Of a stretch of 64,000 bases of DNA, positions 51,401 through 55,736 are shown in pieces. The notes beneath the pieces are model-generated. The model saw only the letters and a list, made by a program, of their open reading frames with translations, did not search any database and had not been told where the DNA came from. Made by a program: the position numbers and the translations under genes. The first letter of the stretch is position 1. The number at the start of each line of letters is the position of its first letter. The stretch is from an uncultured Clostridia bacterium (GTDB lineage: Bacteria > Bacillota > Clostridia > Christensenellales > UBA1242), in the NCBI GenBank assembly GCA_944383415.1, contig CALWPK010000001.1, forward strand, positions 11,261-75,260. Reading direction: 5' to 3'.

Positions 51401-51910
51401 CACTGCGGGCTTGATCGAAGTGTCCACTTGAATTCCTGTCAGGCTTCGATATATAGATAAATCAATGTCGAAATGCCTACCAGATTCAGTTTCATAAAAT
51501 CTAAGAGAAGAATTTATATTTCCTCTGATATCAATATTGAACACTTCATTTTGCTCTACTGTAATAGATGAAGAATTGATTCCTCCAGAAGATGGAAAAT
51601 TGATTCCTTCGCTCGCGCCTCTTTTTGTAACGATGATTTCATCAATATATTTCGATTTCACATTAGATATTTTAACTTTTATATAGAGGGTGCCGACTCC
51701 AGTTTCTTCTGAGATTTGAAATTCATCCTCCTCTCCACCATAGTTTAGTTCAATGCCGTTCGTGGCATCATACCACTCGCTAGCATCTTCACTGAAGGCA
51801 TAATATATTTTGAATTTCATATCTTCATATCTATCACCACACGCAGAAAAAACTCCGCACATAACGAAGATAAATACTGCTGTCAAAATGCTAAATATTT
51901 TCTTTTTCAT
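30434..51910 (-). CDS. Giant modular surface lipoprotein (7,158 aa) with multiple GLUG-like beta-helix modules, an internal TM hairpin and a Tyr-rich C-terminal domain
   Basis: Uninterrupted 21,477-nt ORF. GTGAGGGG SD. MKKKIFSILTAVFIFVMCGVFSAC-GD is a lipobox-like signal. There are repeated entry segments followed by arrays of G-G-[LIVF]-[VIA]-G turns. Hydrophobic pair VFGWVMFGLSVAFDVALLAASLGVAGPLAAA / TTLVSMLAVSVTVGVNIL lies at about aa 6395-6475. Confidence 0.9.
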   Translation of the reverse strand: MKKKIFSILTAVFIFVMCGVFSACGDRYEDMKFKIYYAFSEDASEWYDATNGIELNYGGEEDEFQISEETGVGTLYIKVKISNVKSKYIDEIIVTKRGASEGINFPSSGGINSSSITVEQNEVFNIDIRGNINSSLRFYETESGRHFDIDLSIYRSLTGIQVDTSIKPAVKVGDMISLMSLKNLYYLPMQNGNTLTNQTGVDYQILGIGYYSNQTNQDGQNEFILVRNDTYALQYISISENGVLTVNSNLTINANEHIVRVSATSKHNPNITAEFDVYLVEEQDFVPSVYYSSDPTQEELEHSLTLYNENENYASTSLTIDTQELISVYKTPINTINQNDQVNYEICVYVDGKLVDLSTSQVINGLLVERLNESNTQIRLTSTSDSYPTNTVKITYELNDLDFSASNAPNYSREIVINKSVLPENISINDVLPELIDSKGSMEGIIYSSNSTAYQGLSLTLLAVPANANQNTDIYITGNENVIITGEVENLGSNTYVLKSGSTIYISIRANVDADQIITFSTQVTPTMFENQVISQRFVEISYRLRKVVTADSIEIYADESQTAPITNSVLNIDATNSTDAYVKVYYTGTTLETSSIRLQSDNPLIRFENNSTSILLNDPTVERLQIAQTDANAKYDLFRVSFLNTSALETANITVSAGEGSVGVDTGFAVNSVYLLQEDSISVQSSSRNVTTFDDIDNGHFNFAVAKNQLVEFSILARVQGGSVLNDTGIVNFTIDANADFDSNYGGNNNFSTSALSYNKLDTNEFSLTGQIGAKTTVLTINVSYYAKINDIILLTNQIIFADIAVYDPISEIYRTISADEIVYINEYYESASTSEITFASYASNYSAASNSVVFSGPDGTEIVKTDASQLRLEINRDLEIDNTIEIYLVNEDGEEVAITDESILKIGSENILAGTLRVKLNGVSDYNSLTISLTALRFGVESNTAISATIEFAEHEPVAGISLSGNSIVQNGVDSYYVYMSFIDVPENGNTSAEFTATPYYESNIATGLRRGDLTYNLYQIRQDEDGNIVRDENGQALEDAVTSNRLNITINPDTHLVTIRASQTLGGGLFRLELASLDSYDPTIQAYTTTRSLFISISDGTPQNKYIINDIEDLYNINNNLDADYVLRNNITVGDIVIDGQTVSVAPIGGENAFNGTLTGTVENLNSDNEIVTTRYKITLNLKNYVLNTNNSVYAGLFTRLGSEAVISDLDIDVNFDLSNFTSTAGGELNIGAIAGANEGGMIRDVNVTLLGGSQDNIYFATDKISTPINFGGVVGINSGYIDLTSSIVNADSQISIYTNTAVQHNIGMVAGKNLGEIYGAYLGKNSLNNVDYSVIANIVLINSATNTPTLYMGSVVGYNLGGYIHNLISGGFIRVTDNKNVANMREISGFVAGIAGYSDDNAGSSVSVKGIETVAVLGLDLYADNSYLAVAGIVGQSIGSMITDVRVLASKVSFDQGLTSYGVISGQGNVAGIVADSERDTITFASVESFISNTTTSSGAEETFYMLYSTRNNVAGLIYTASNTTLSNSFVSANIDTNLDTISDLKTIILTSNANEFNVYFLGRVNNIDMIQSNIYSRDTNAGYYVVYTDNSIIDFNANTPNELDLSQYFDVRVINREELYSTQQFLQETDITSEEFDSQREYLYISTDGVYSRVASDALFDENATYYLFDNNLWQNNRASLYVANSEGYLLALTDFNFNPNVTYYSIENVNIRDYYTLDENSDYIKNDNSNININTTYYELAWKSSDNIWESTVLTWIGADSNQWAISSERNFVSIYGMNFYFPYLLDDQGNILMIERPTEIQASINANYVIEINSSFVDKDYSINEYAVSSTTIVNYHSDVNNPLNNETYNRYNIVNTASDGNTPNGLVDLNVIPSNAQGGVRFEIVRGSAYAYINAQNQIVFTGVSGANPIIVRCYSIFNDELEEYVVFFTQLGLSDLMLTSNSIYSVDEDGVDFELYTHTGANPTLVSIMAENIYQGQEFASILDAGINNYLQVEAVSNSGNSILNIVNANSTNGIMVQVEDDNFDGNLTTEMITFTLRLNLTEYFGEQFYPQVEGVDQYLELASSNLRVVIYKTATNIEIDDGDNSVETSANINLGVKLYTGYVGEEESGFAPDYTVNNTVMLREENKDSINLTMDVISGQDELEDLLENAGVDYIVELFDFDIYYSLLTIGNGEVQGYQYSIEMSLKDQFEFRYITSNIEFRLTVYGANNTTITDSVLITFRPTELSTVRIENYTATNVTTITNYTSLIESNATETSIISPGGYGGVMMVYLEPSYSNILSATLTSSTLYIPSLGRNVSIIFEQLVKNENGDYETVYPNNETVNGGIKLRLVSSVDRSGNYSYNGIIYIHTQMDRFVGMTGTIEAKLTVNTNDGKTIEQTKTLITEYLPGATLSYDGISVGTDEYLIQKDTYNNEVNIRIYGYQFNSNPRVNFVWKLNDGDTNYTYDKRLATDVNETNFEERKLSLYTLDNGIYQKCDEDSSFVLGQVYYEDNRNVVIDNHGNNYNILDYVSYRFLDNFDQVTQNSDGSYSMTILLNVAPNIPAGFEMNATLTLATSESLITSEQEDSLIFYPVDYILNSVFASNLTNGSLNIAYNRSSSINLSFETNNPNNDLSDSVYNKLLQDIGVDNLASLFMYMNSNGEIVQFSDPAESHPEFSINIVNGRLTITGQDAFYRTVEFSVHYGYVLENGQYVLKFGTMSSNSLNQTLEFSFTLNIYASTTEENAIPIYSVDDIFNPDTGECILGEDADYILMNDIVLENFVPIDVDIASLDGNNKVIKIRSFAVSVDRSEYGLFANIGTYQDIYDVTQTTILKNVIVDYSEFDTSLNLTNNDITSVTFGGLVAVNNGLIYNCDVLNLGTSTKTINILLDNDSDVEIVFGGLVGRNTGIITNSRVGRLGYTKITANENSETSVQQGGSPLQFVIGNNSSISQSGQGFVGITAGFVGKNMGTIASSYVVNTGLTNYSTAPEGTGDSYSITAGFVGENSGDISFSYVKALESTISETNPYSTGVEIYSPTNGNVAGFVYLNSGNINNSFANTVLTSTSAYVAGFVYNNQSSGVISESYSASTLNGVFTANDASEQPFVGVSSSDELLSFGRLENTYYLIDENNSFIVKTESGKDQATGLNQDSFNVSDNLNGFVFIASNSRTERNQGVWSYYNQNNSFRILPELTNANQIAHSYRYLLRQENSVYYYSNAVSYLPGSVNNPNIIRSVEEYNEIMLSGDTLDSMTGYVRFINDIDFASDETAIKTRVNFTLGDENNNSITSIEGNGMTISGIYLDVGNAEEKSIGLFAQVVNSYVKNLNLEFATTAETDGQFSSLSAIYSGGLAGRIDNSVIINIDLNGSNTTISGQNFAGGLAGMITGSSLIYGIDSNLSVKAVNTDTNHYYNYYSEQDFNTMRAFGAINYTGSYADYLTRLSFAGGIAGVIDLDTRQYVDFNLSYINVYGNEMYDKREIDANILADYAGGIAGYAGRETTSLRLKYFVGQTNLIRGQYAVGGIFAVSSGDITASQVTAEEDEQFVYDTKLGEYILDLENGEEAVLDTTKTGNLNLLETYGYGGGLIGISISSRLDSCYSKAGFKVGSTIGGLIGVSIGANIIYSYAVPYVNVDDTYLMKVGGLIGSAYGSRSGVVDRNEEVSEYINYLTLIMGETNKNTDIQFTFSTILMDVNDITTKNTVTQDYINFDYICADYGQFDGNSTGYLTSNNGSALLYVFAGRVGAYDSITDGGESIVKHSNEARASDEEIKLLYDTSEDNVEQVSTFNNIFSGWDTRYWTLNAERYFPLLLNEEVENYTIIETADDFYQLVNDPDGSFMIVNDIDMTEWCARNNSNFIFDIEFTGVLIGQKEDDSIPILYNLFLNPMNAEDAGLFRSTSEATLRNITFEWGSNINEMNVADVSSSVILGNTIDTFGGVSALDNGSLFSNLTVRVTNENSSTNTGRETSLFNSNNGTIAGFGGIVGRATNSNILNCTFSGRVDVTLSSMGTNSSIHFGGLVAESDILENPENEDEEVNMTIMNSTVGIDNTNTTNAIERTVFNLNIANGANAYIGGAVGYASNTSIASITVGHYAYETNYRRITFNINLDNSNANNYFGGAIGGLEGSQLSTIDAITEVNISGSENRAIEDTSTTSYINAYAGLVGYYTIAGSGSSNLSITSANTSSNINVLGNTQITNLYLSSGVAIAESYNESMLSINQSLFTGTISTEDSEGVDSDLRNVYASGVVAYAGDDSGLSINEVMTTTDIIVGSVTTTRLYAGSMVGQANLVTATNFASTGRIVPITAYSDDHTNNHFYIGGFIGQAENATIINAYSLTSIIIDSIDYQAIQALNINALFGAINVVSTEYVYYSSDYALFSEESGAGYNLSAYTLTRNNAWRLDTNNGLNSRNGFWGELNSSSGSYYLPYIASLSAQLVNYGILRQTDNTYSYLLSALNPTIIDSGNMNVLVSSDDEFKYYILSNNITDSIRATGEAGGALNGILIGGETEYTQFISSSVYSSTEGTFSGIIPKVNRHSAISNLHIKLSSDNAYDLGSGNISGVIAGLNEGVIFNSSIQGTGAKISSNNLGLIAGRNSGLISYSYSSLEVVQVSASSIAGITYQNQGMILSCYFTGYINNVTQTGDTTAVSAVSAGIVIENVSEGNQQNFANNFIYNTYSTGVIESISTQGNSFIANLSGLMGANNYVDSLANIEQFNITNEETNITILSTINTATLMSAEVLDGFEDGKWYYTTRKIDNNYYLIDRDSKTFGYNYLYPTVRIDKMVVDEFTDWTDPNSYEYFDNYYQLYTGTGSISIDLGQGYEDVVNALSSTSELSESTKANLMRIPHLGLLSAIQSLAMDYGDNAESPTFTGANTSLYYVLIYDINARITNGTHLDWSPVGSANENAQANAFYNGSQASFAGFFISNKNYAFSELSLENACQISGLNGSVFANIKDAYFGYLKLGGSNETLENAGLLGENINPDVEDEQTADNVIVDKIEIVQNTQIAGSGYVSGLFGVISSGNVSVKDFVTYNSDEVGSVRPNLTINSADFAGLIAGKVESGNLKLGFTPDGLTNVEGLNGTKDSFYVRFGENISYAGGLIGYIDNFTPNIDASAYKANETGSNNKVNIFTTEGGVSTLGGIVGAVVGDDAEAVATISNLTVVLNQGGTNAGAETPNKISVFGGLVAQMSIDMVDLNNSTINFENCGLDLGEQGLTITTDTNTDVEVGNYFGLLSAKVGGGTLNVQDFYFTGEENSLKVTYETTAQLGNTQEGVNYTASKENTQGVGMLAGKLSGNANLIFNYGIDMTLPELHAVNTYNLGGIVGVYESGSIGIVHNEDNLYSVKLYGTTNVGGAVGLVSENGSEDISDIILTNSGDGTTYFDFLTSDVTYATIYADQQGYNNRFNWGGLFGYYKKGELRYQANDFVTGEGDSDTATITGNNLILVGSTPGEDTKYIYNIGGIAGRISEDTTLVENLENSDTSLIGPNSESGSIWGINNDNSEFDLNVAVGAQVDNTIRMVNVGGTIGYVVSNADVKIVNIKNSADIITGYQNVGGLIGYVGENVTVENTIEFVPTSNIEAGNQYYDSNYELCIADGSEGELYELSGNSVSSTGKVVGAVNVGGAFGHFEGDVASNIWTEANVYGNASVGGFVGYINNANSVIDGNIVAKQNSSDTTIENEQLLEVKGIYLAIGMSTIEYGIVQTGYEYYIPTSVGGFIGTAEAGTVQNNCVYDTNVLSTNEGDVLYDDGNNITVSTISNNMVEFYFGGGTTNPNDPTEAFEYYSYNDENSYVSEATTDFNEMTSGFGGFIGSVMSDVTHTVSGGLRAIESNKVQANVDAQLGVNVGAYYGFYYASDSTTVDATETLIITPELLSDVSVDGGYNIGGILGYYEGTANLSQYSLADANGQGTINIQSKYTGMYVGGLFGKLVSNDAELTIEESSVKISIDTDSSYYIGGLIGKLEFTSNRNNEGNFLGNISDNIYVTDSGSYDDVGSATNFGGFIGMLKLPYTGRNFTANVMGTHHYPFTINIVENSNYADGESYFDVDDQSEEGSVIMVAQAYYINLDVLNIAGSSNESFYSEDAHNPINSSAKGWHKDYTAFRMIQRCIPQADDIGWDSLAVIYDAANITHVGTIKNLELENTRLNGNIEDWNEVVSIVENSTHLEMNANGTRVIEPSATDLEAVREYNSLKLVGKFSDTLYYYNPNYICFTVYEDEEGSPSLYSAMGIAVPEINNTEEENASGYKTLEDGAPSALDYILGALVTESPKSLYYLDMNNSANNNQGLTYFIWDKDYTSLGGSEEPRNVSYQNQPNSWRFISYYVSDYMQGDESLAGDATYGRNHTGAYFVFSVVYDNATLAGLKAGDNTYVEQVSYDLPRSGSIFEVSGFSTSQAAALQANANAVDVFGWVMFGLSVAFDVALLAASLGVAGPLAAAGKFAGNMLNNVVKSGAKTGLKKLLRVLGRTTLVSMLAVSVTVGVNILNQHFLSQQISKTMFLEQKDQNFGVLSSSYSRNINYTNGVIDDTFDYLYVDDYGNIYSAFSSTRPNDYYSHYYTATPVDNLGMEEAHTSLMSRGSLTIIYSPTDEDISISGSNSEEIISAIQDAGYYYAEDTAGNEYFVLPTYIYINGMYYISVEAGQVDTTPAQPFFIEEMINVSGVLTERRGAYKIDPQRYGYIYVYGIFDDTTGTYSIGDIGPSGDYESAYPTNNLKYNGSYYYTIDESKQFTSLRGATPTKNVDYQYTINTEAFDRSISLLGYDYFEGAYYTASGTNIDNAEQKVGRFVYQNREPSNDERYGIDYISVPYYQIIENDDGTTTVLDPEIYYFYISSISNSADFDSALIYSSIPALSAPPSSGTSYDIKLYPYGFIDPYESTISNSKDSNLYTLVSNSASTSPTITQAVTYYYYDGGYQVKANSDGEDRVYTVLENYNLNDTSSTYYDAITINLSTKDDGSDSATYTLADLASYVEIEGSTSILDEYYVADLIADDTTQEEEEELVRLTDLYIYDTDENLWYQISSSYVLDETTGILSSITIKYINASNMNYNFNKFATYPKINLYTRYRYSIQEGTTQSQLTEEWTRYIKELSGDGNTEEGTKVAEKSGYYLVPSIQNLEGYSGSPNIGHTTIFVERVKITFGGGKTLSKIASDTNGSIGMGGNAGSINVY

Positions 51911-51956
51911 AACCCCTCACTTTTAATTTGTGCCAATGCGTAAATATTATAATTAA

Positions 51957-51986
51957 ATTATATAAAATAATAGGGAATTAAGTCAA
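51957..51986 (-). promoter_or_regulatory. Candidate promoter of the giant gene
   Basis: Minus strand reads TTGACT (51986..51981), 18 nt, TATAAT (51962..51957). The region is AT-rich, so alternative -10 boxes exist. Confidence 0.45.
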
Positions 51987-52173
51987 GAAATTTGGATAAA
52001 TATATAATTTTGTATAATTAATTTGTTGAAAACAAATATGAAAAAAATATTACAATGTACTATGGGAACAATACTTTGAAAAAACACTGAAAATAAAATA
52101 AAAATAATTATATTTGTTTTTTCTTTAATTTTTTATAAAAATTCAAAAAATTTTATTTTTCAATGAAAATATA

Positions 52174-52201
52174 TTGAAAATTTAATATTTTTTGCTATAA
52201 T
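52174..52201 (+). promoter_or_regulatory. Candidate promoter of ttcA
   Basis: TTGAAA (52174..52179), 16 nt, TGC-TATAAT (52196..52201). Confidence 0.5.
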
Positions 52202-52234
52202 TTAATAAAATTTTTAAATTTTTTTGGAGTGAAT

Positions 52235-52957
52235 ATGCAAAAAATTCTCAGCACATTGCGAAAGGCGATACAAAAATATGACCTAATTCAAGATGGAGAC
52301 AGGATCGCTGTCGGAGTATCTGGAGGAAAAGATAGTTTGGTACTGCTCAAAGCATTATCAGATTTTAGAAAATTCAACTTGTTCAAATTCGAGTTGTTCG
52401 CTGTGACGATAGATATATATTCAGGCGAAGTGAGTTATGATAGACTCAATGAATTTTGCCAAGAAATAGACGTCCCACTGATTATTGAAAAGACAGATAT
52501 AAAGCATATCGTATTTGATATAAGGAAAGAAAAAAATCCCTGCTCTCTATGTGCCAAAATGAGAAGAGGAGCATTGAACTCGGTATGTCAAAGACTCCAA
52601 TGCAATAAACTTGCTCTAGCACACCATTTGCAAGACGTGGTGACCACATTTTTCATCTCTTTGATATACGAAGGACGTCTCTCAACTATGCTACCAAAAT
52701 CATATATGTCAAGATCAAATATTACCTTGATTCGCCCACTATATTTGACAGATGAAAAGAATATAATCAGTTGTAGCAGGAACTATCCGATTTTGAAAAG
52801 TCGTTGCCCCGCAAATGACAATTCAAAGCGTAAGGAAATCAAAGATTTTGTAAGAGAAATTGATCAACGATTTCCCCAGTCTAGAAAGCGAATTGAAACT
52901 GCAATTCTTACCTCTGAAAGTTATAATCTTTTGGACAAAGTTAATAAAGATAAATAG
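52235..52957 (+). CDS. ttcA: TtcA-family PP-loop ATPase (tRNA 2-thiocytidine biosynthesis-like)
   Basis: PP-loop VGVSGGKDS and CSLCAKMRRGAL. ATG 52235 lies 5 nt after GGAG (the ORF-track GTG is at 52229). Confidence 0.85.
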   Translation: MQKILSTLRKAIQKYDLIQDGDRIAVGVSGGKDSLVLLKALSDFRKFNLFKFELFAVTIDIYSGEVSYDRLNEFCQEIDVPLIIEKTDIKHIVFDIRKEKNPCSLCAKMRRGALNSVCQRLQCNKLALAHHLQDVVTTFFISLIYEGRLSTMLPKSYMSRSNITLIRPLYLTDEKNIISCSRNYPILKSRCPANDNSKRKEIKDFVREIDQRFPQSRKRIETAILTSESYNLLDKVNKDK

Positions 52958-53151
52958 ATAACTATTCTATTGATTAATATTATACACAAAGAAATTCAAA
53001 ATATAATTTCTCGATAATCAAAAGACTTTTATGAGATTTGTTATGATTTTCAAACGTTGTTCAGAGTCAATCAATTCATAAACTAAATCAGATATTAATT
53101 ATAGTGCTGACATTGTAGCATAGACAATTCATCACTTTCAAATTTTCAATC

Positions 53152-53182
53152 GACACAAAACGACAGTTTTTGTGTTTTTTTT
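53152..53182 (+). terminator. Rho-independent terminator ~195 nt downstream of ttcA
   Basis: acacaaaa - cgacagt - ttttgtgt followed by T8. Confidence 0.7.
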
Positions 53183-53238
53183 GCTAAATTTGTCATAATT
53201 TAGCACATAAAAAAATAGGTTAAATCAAGGAGTTTAAA

Positions 53239-53538
53239 ATGAATTATATTGACCTTGATGAGCGAACGATAAAACTAGCATATTACATACTAGAAAATCA
53301 TACCACAATCAGAGCCACCGCAAAAGCATTCCATATACCTAAGAGTACAGTACATAACGATTTGAGCAAAAAATTAAAATATATAAATTATAATTTGTTT
53401 TTACAAGTGAAAAAACTGATGGAAGAAAATTTCAGCATAAAACACATTCACGGCGGAGAATCCACAAAACTAAAATACGAAGCACTGAAAAAAGAGATCG
53501 ACAAAAATGATGAGAGCGAAGCATTATACGGACTTTAA
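53239..53538 (+). CDS. spoIIID: Sporulation transcriptional regulator SpoIIID family
   Basis: 99 aa. ...ERTIKLAYYILENHTTIRATAKAFHIPKSTVHNDLSKKL...HIHGGESTKLKYE matches the SpoIIID HTH and the C-terminal GGExTKxKY motif. Confidence 0.88.
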   Translation: MNYIDLDERTIKLAYYILENHTTIRATAKAFHIPKSTVHNDLSKKLKYINYNLFLQVKKLMEENFSIKHIHGGESTKLKYEALKKEIDKNDESEALYGL

Positions 53539-53539
53539 T

Positions 53540-53563
53540 AGAAGGGCAAATCCCTTCTTTTTG
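53540..53563 (+). terminator. Rho-independent terminator of spoIIID
   Basis: gaaggg - caaat - cccttc followed by TTTTT. Confidence 0.8.
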
Positions 53564-53564
53564 A

Positions 53565-54049
53565 ATATTTATTATTTTATTGAATCTATTAATTTTATTT
53601 TATAGACAGTCAATTATTTTTATCTAAACGATATCAAATTTTGTAAAAATTCAAATAATATTATATCTTTCCATTAGATAAGCAACAATCGACCAATGCG
53701 AATAAAAAAAAATAATAAAACTAACTAAAATAAATTTATAATATTAATTATATTTAATAAATTTTTTATTATTTCATTAATTTTTTTATTTTTTATTAAT
53801 ATTTGATGTTTTTTATTATTTTTTTATATATTATCTCTAATTTTTAATTATTTTTTATATATTTCTCTAATTTTTTTATATTTTTTTATTATTTTAAATT
53901 TTTGTTTTTTATATTTTAGTGTTTAAATTTTAGTTCTTATGTTTTTCCATTTTAATTTGTTCAAATACAATTCTCATTTTGATTCGGTTGATGTTTCGTT
54001 TTTATTATAATTAATCTATGCTATTGAATTATATAATTTTCGATGCTTA
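53565..54049. other. Ultra AT-rich spacer between convergent genes, T-tract-rich on the plus strand
   Basis: Direct count over 53701..53940 gives 14 G+C in 240 nt (5.8 %). Imperfect direct repeats ttatctctaattttta (about 53831) and atttctctaattttttt (about 53861). Confidence 0.8.
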
Positions 54050-54964
54050 TTACTTTAAAAACCCTTCAATAATTTTTTCTTCCGCTTGCTTTTCACTCAA
54101 ACCCAAAGTCATCAATTTCATAATCTGTTCACTGGCAATTTTCCCAATCGCTGCCTCGTGACTAAGTGATGCCTGTGATGAATGTGCACTGACCTTTGGG
54201 GCGGAATCAATTTTCGAATTTTCTAGCACAATACCATCGCACTCTACGTGACCGAAACACTCATTTTTCCCTATCAGTTCACTCTTGAAAGTTTGCTCAC
54301 TTTCATCGCGTGCGACACTTCTTGAAATAATATTGCATTTGGAATTTTTCCCTTGAAGATATACTTTGAAATTCGTTTTCGCCACATTGAAATTGGATGT
54401 CAATATTTTTTCTTTCACCTCAAGAGTGCTATCATTCTTCAAATATGCCTTCGTCTCTCTAGAGGAATAATCAACTCCTCCCAATTGATTCGTCTCCATT
54501 GTCATCGTGCTACCCTCACCCAAGCGGATGATGGTGACAGGATTGATTTCTTTCCCTCCGCCATTTCCTAATGCCAAATGATTTTCCAAATATAACACTT
54601 TTGCATTCTTGCCAATATGGAAAGTGTGTATTCCGTTGTGACCCGCTTCAGCAGAGGAGTGTACTCCACAGCCCGCCACTATCACAACGTCCGCATCGTC
54701 CTCGATATAAAAATCATTGTACACCAAATCAAATATTCCCGCCTCGCTTACCACAACGGGTATATGGCACGCTTCTTTTTGGCAACTAGAGTGAACGAAA
54801 ATATCTATGCCTGAACCATCGCCTTTTTTCATTATCTCAATGTTTGGAGTGGAGCGGACAAACTCTCCCTTACCATTTTTCCTAAACGAAACCGCACCGT
54901 CAGGAAGCGCGTGAATATTGGCTATTTTTTCTAACAAATTTTGTGAAATTTTATCCAACTTCAT
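54050..54964 (-). CDS. sufB: SufB/SufD-family Fe-S cluster assembly protein (short, 304 aa)
   Basis: C-terminal ...HSSQASLSHEAAIGKI..EQIMKLMTLGLSEKQAEEKIIEGF is typical of SufB/D. Lies immediately after sufC. Confidence 0.8.
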   Translation of the reverse strand: MKLDKISQNLLEKIANIHALPDGAVSFRKNGKGEFVRSTPNIEIMKKGDGSGIDIFVHSSCQKEACHIPVVVSEAGIFDLVYNDFYIEDDADVVIVAGCGVHSSAEAGHNGIHTFHIGKNAKVLYLENHLALGNGGGKEINPVTIIRLGEGSTMTMETNQLGGVDYSSRETKAYLKNDSTLEVKEKILTSNFNVAKTNFKVYLQGKNSKCNIISRSVARDESEQTFKSELIGKNECFGHVECDGIVLENSKIDSAPKVSAHSSQASLSHEAAIGKIASEQIMKLMTLGLSEKQAEEKIIEGFLK

Positions 54965-54965
54965 A

Positions 54966-55667
54966 CTAATCCTCCCTGACCAATTTGCACTTGTATTTTT
55001 GCAGTTTGTCGATTATTTCGTTTGAATTGCCAAAATTTGAGACTTTTCCATTCTCAAGCACCAAAATTTTATCTGCCCGCTTTAGCAATCTAGATTGATG
55101 GCTAACCACGATATAACAAATATTTTTTTCAAATATTTCATTTAGTTTGTCAAAACTCCACAAATCAATTCCCGCCTCAGGCTCGTCAAAAATCACACAC
55201 TCGCCACCTTTTGCTAGAGTCAATGCCAATTCTATTCGTTTTTGTTCTCCGCCTGACAATGTTTTGTCAAACTCACGATTGATATAATCCTTTGCACATA
55301 TACCCACGCGCGAGAGATATTCGCACGCTTTTGACAATGAATTGTCCTCTTTTGATGCAATGTCTATCAATTCCTTTATTGTGATACCTCTGAACGTTAC
55401 AGGCTGTTGAAACGCGTAAGTTATGCCCATTTTCGCACGTTCATCCACTGTCGTGTCAGTAATATCCTTTCCATTGAAATAGATTTTTCCGCTAGTCGGC
55501 GAAAGAATTCCCATTATTATTTTGGTCAAAGTTGACTTTCCACTGCCATTTTGCCCTGTAATTGCAGTTATGCAGTTGTCATAAAACGTACAATTAATGT
55601 CGTTTAGCAGGGTTTTTTCTTTTTCATTATCCATAATCGTGTAATATATATGTTTAAGTTCTATCAT
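54966..55667 (-). CDS. sufC: Fe-S cluster assembly ABC ATPase SufC-like
   Basis: Walker A GQNGSGKST, signature LSGGEQKR, Walker B VIFDEPEAGID. Adjacent to the SufB/D-like gene. Confidence 0.82.
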   Translation of the reverse strand: MIELKHIYYTIMDNEKEKTLLNDINCTFYDNCITAITGQNGSGKSTLTKIIMGILSPTSGKIYFNGKDITDTTVDERAKMGITYAFQQPVTFRGITIKELIDIASKEDNSLSKACEYLSRVGICAKDYINREFDKTLSGGEQKRIELALTLAKGGECVIFDEPEAGIDLWSFDKLNEIFEKNICYIVVSHQSRLLKRADKILVLENGKVSNFGNSNEIIDKLQKYKCKLVRED

Positions 55668-55683
55668 TTTTCCTCACGTAAAT

Positions 55684-55712
55684 ATTTTAGCATAAACTAC
55701 GCAACAAATCAA
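55684..55712 (-). promoter_or_regulatory. Sigma-A type promoter of sufC-sufB/D
   Basis: Minus strand reads TTGATT (55712..55707), 17 nt, TGC-TAAAAT (55689..55684), then a GAGG SD. Confidence 0.55.
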
Positions 55713-55736
55713 TTAATATTTTTAAATAAAATGATG

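Noticed and set aside
53180-53238. Attempt to read a sigma-E or sigma-K sporulation promoter (CATA-type -10) upstream of spoIIID
   Set aside because: CACATAAAAAAAT matches the CATAcanT / CATA---TA consensus only partly, and no properly spaced -35 element was found. I cannot call the sigma factor from sequence.
54050-55667. suf genes as part of the SipW fibre operon
   Set aside because: A 69-nt gap contains a well-formed TTGATT-17-TGcTAAAAT promoter and its own SD. SufC and SufB/D form a self-contained Fe-S assembly pair, so the adjacency is probably incidental.
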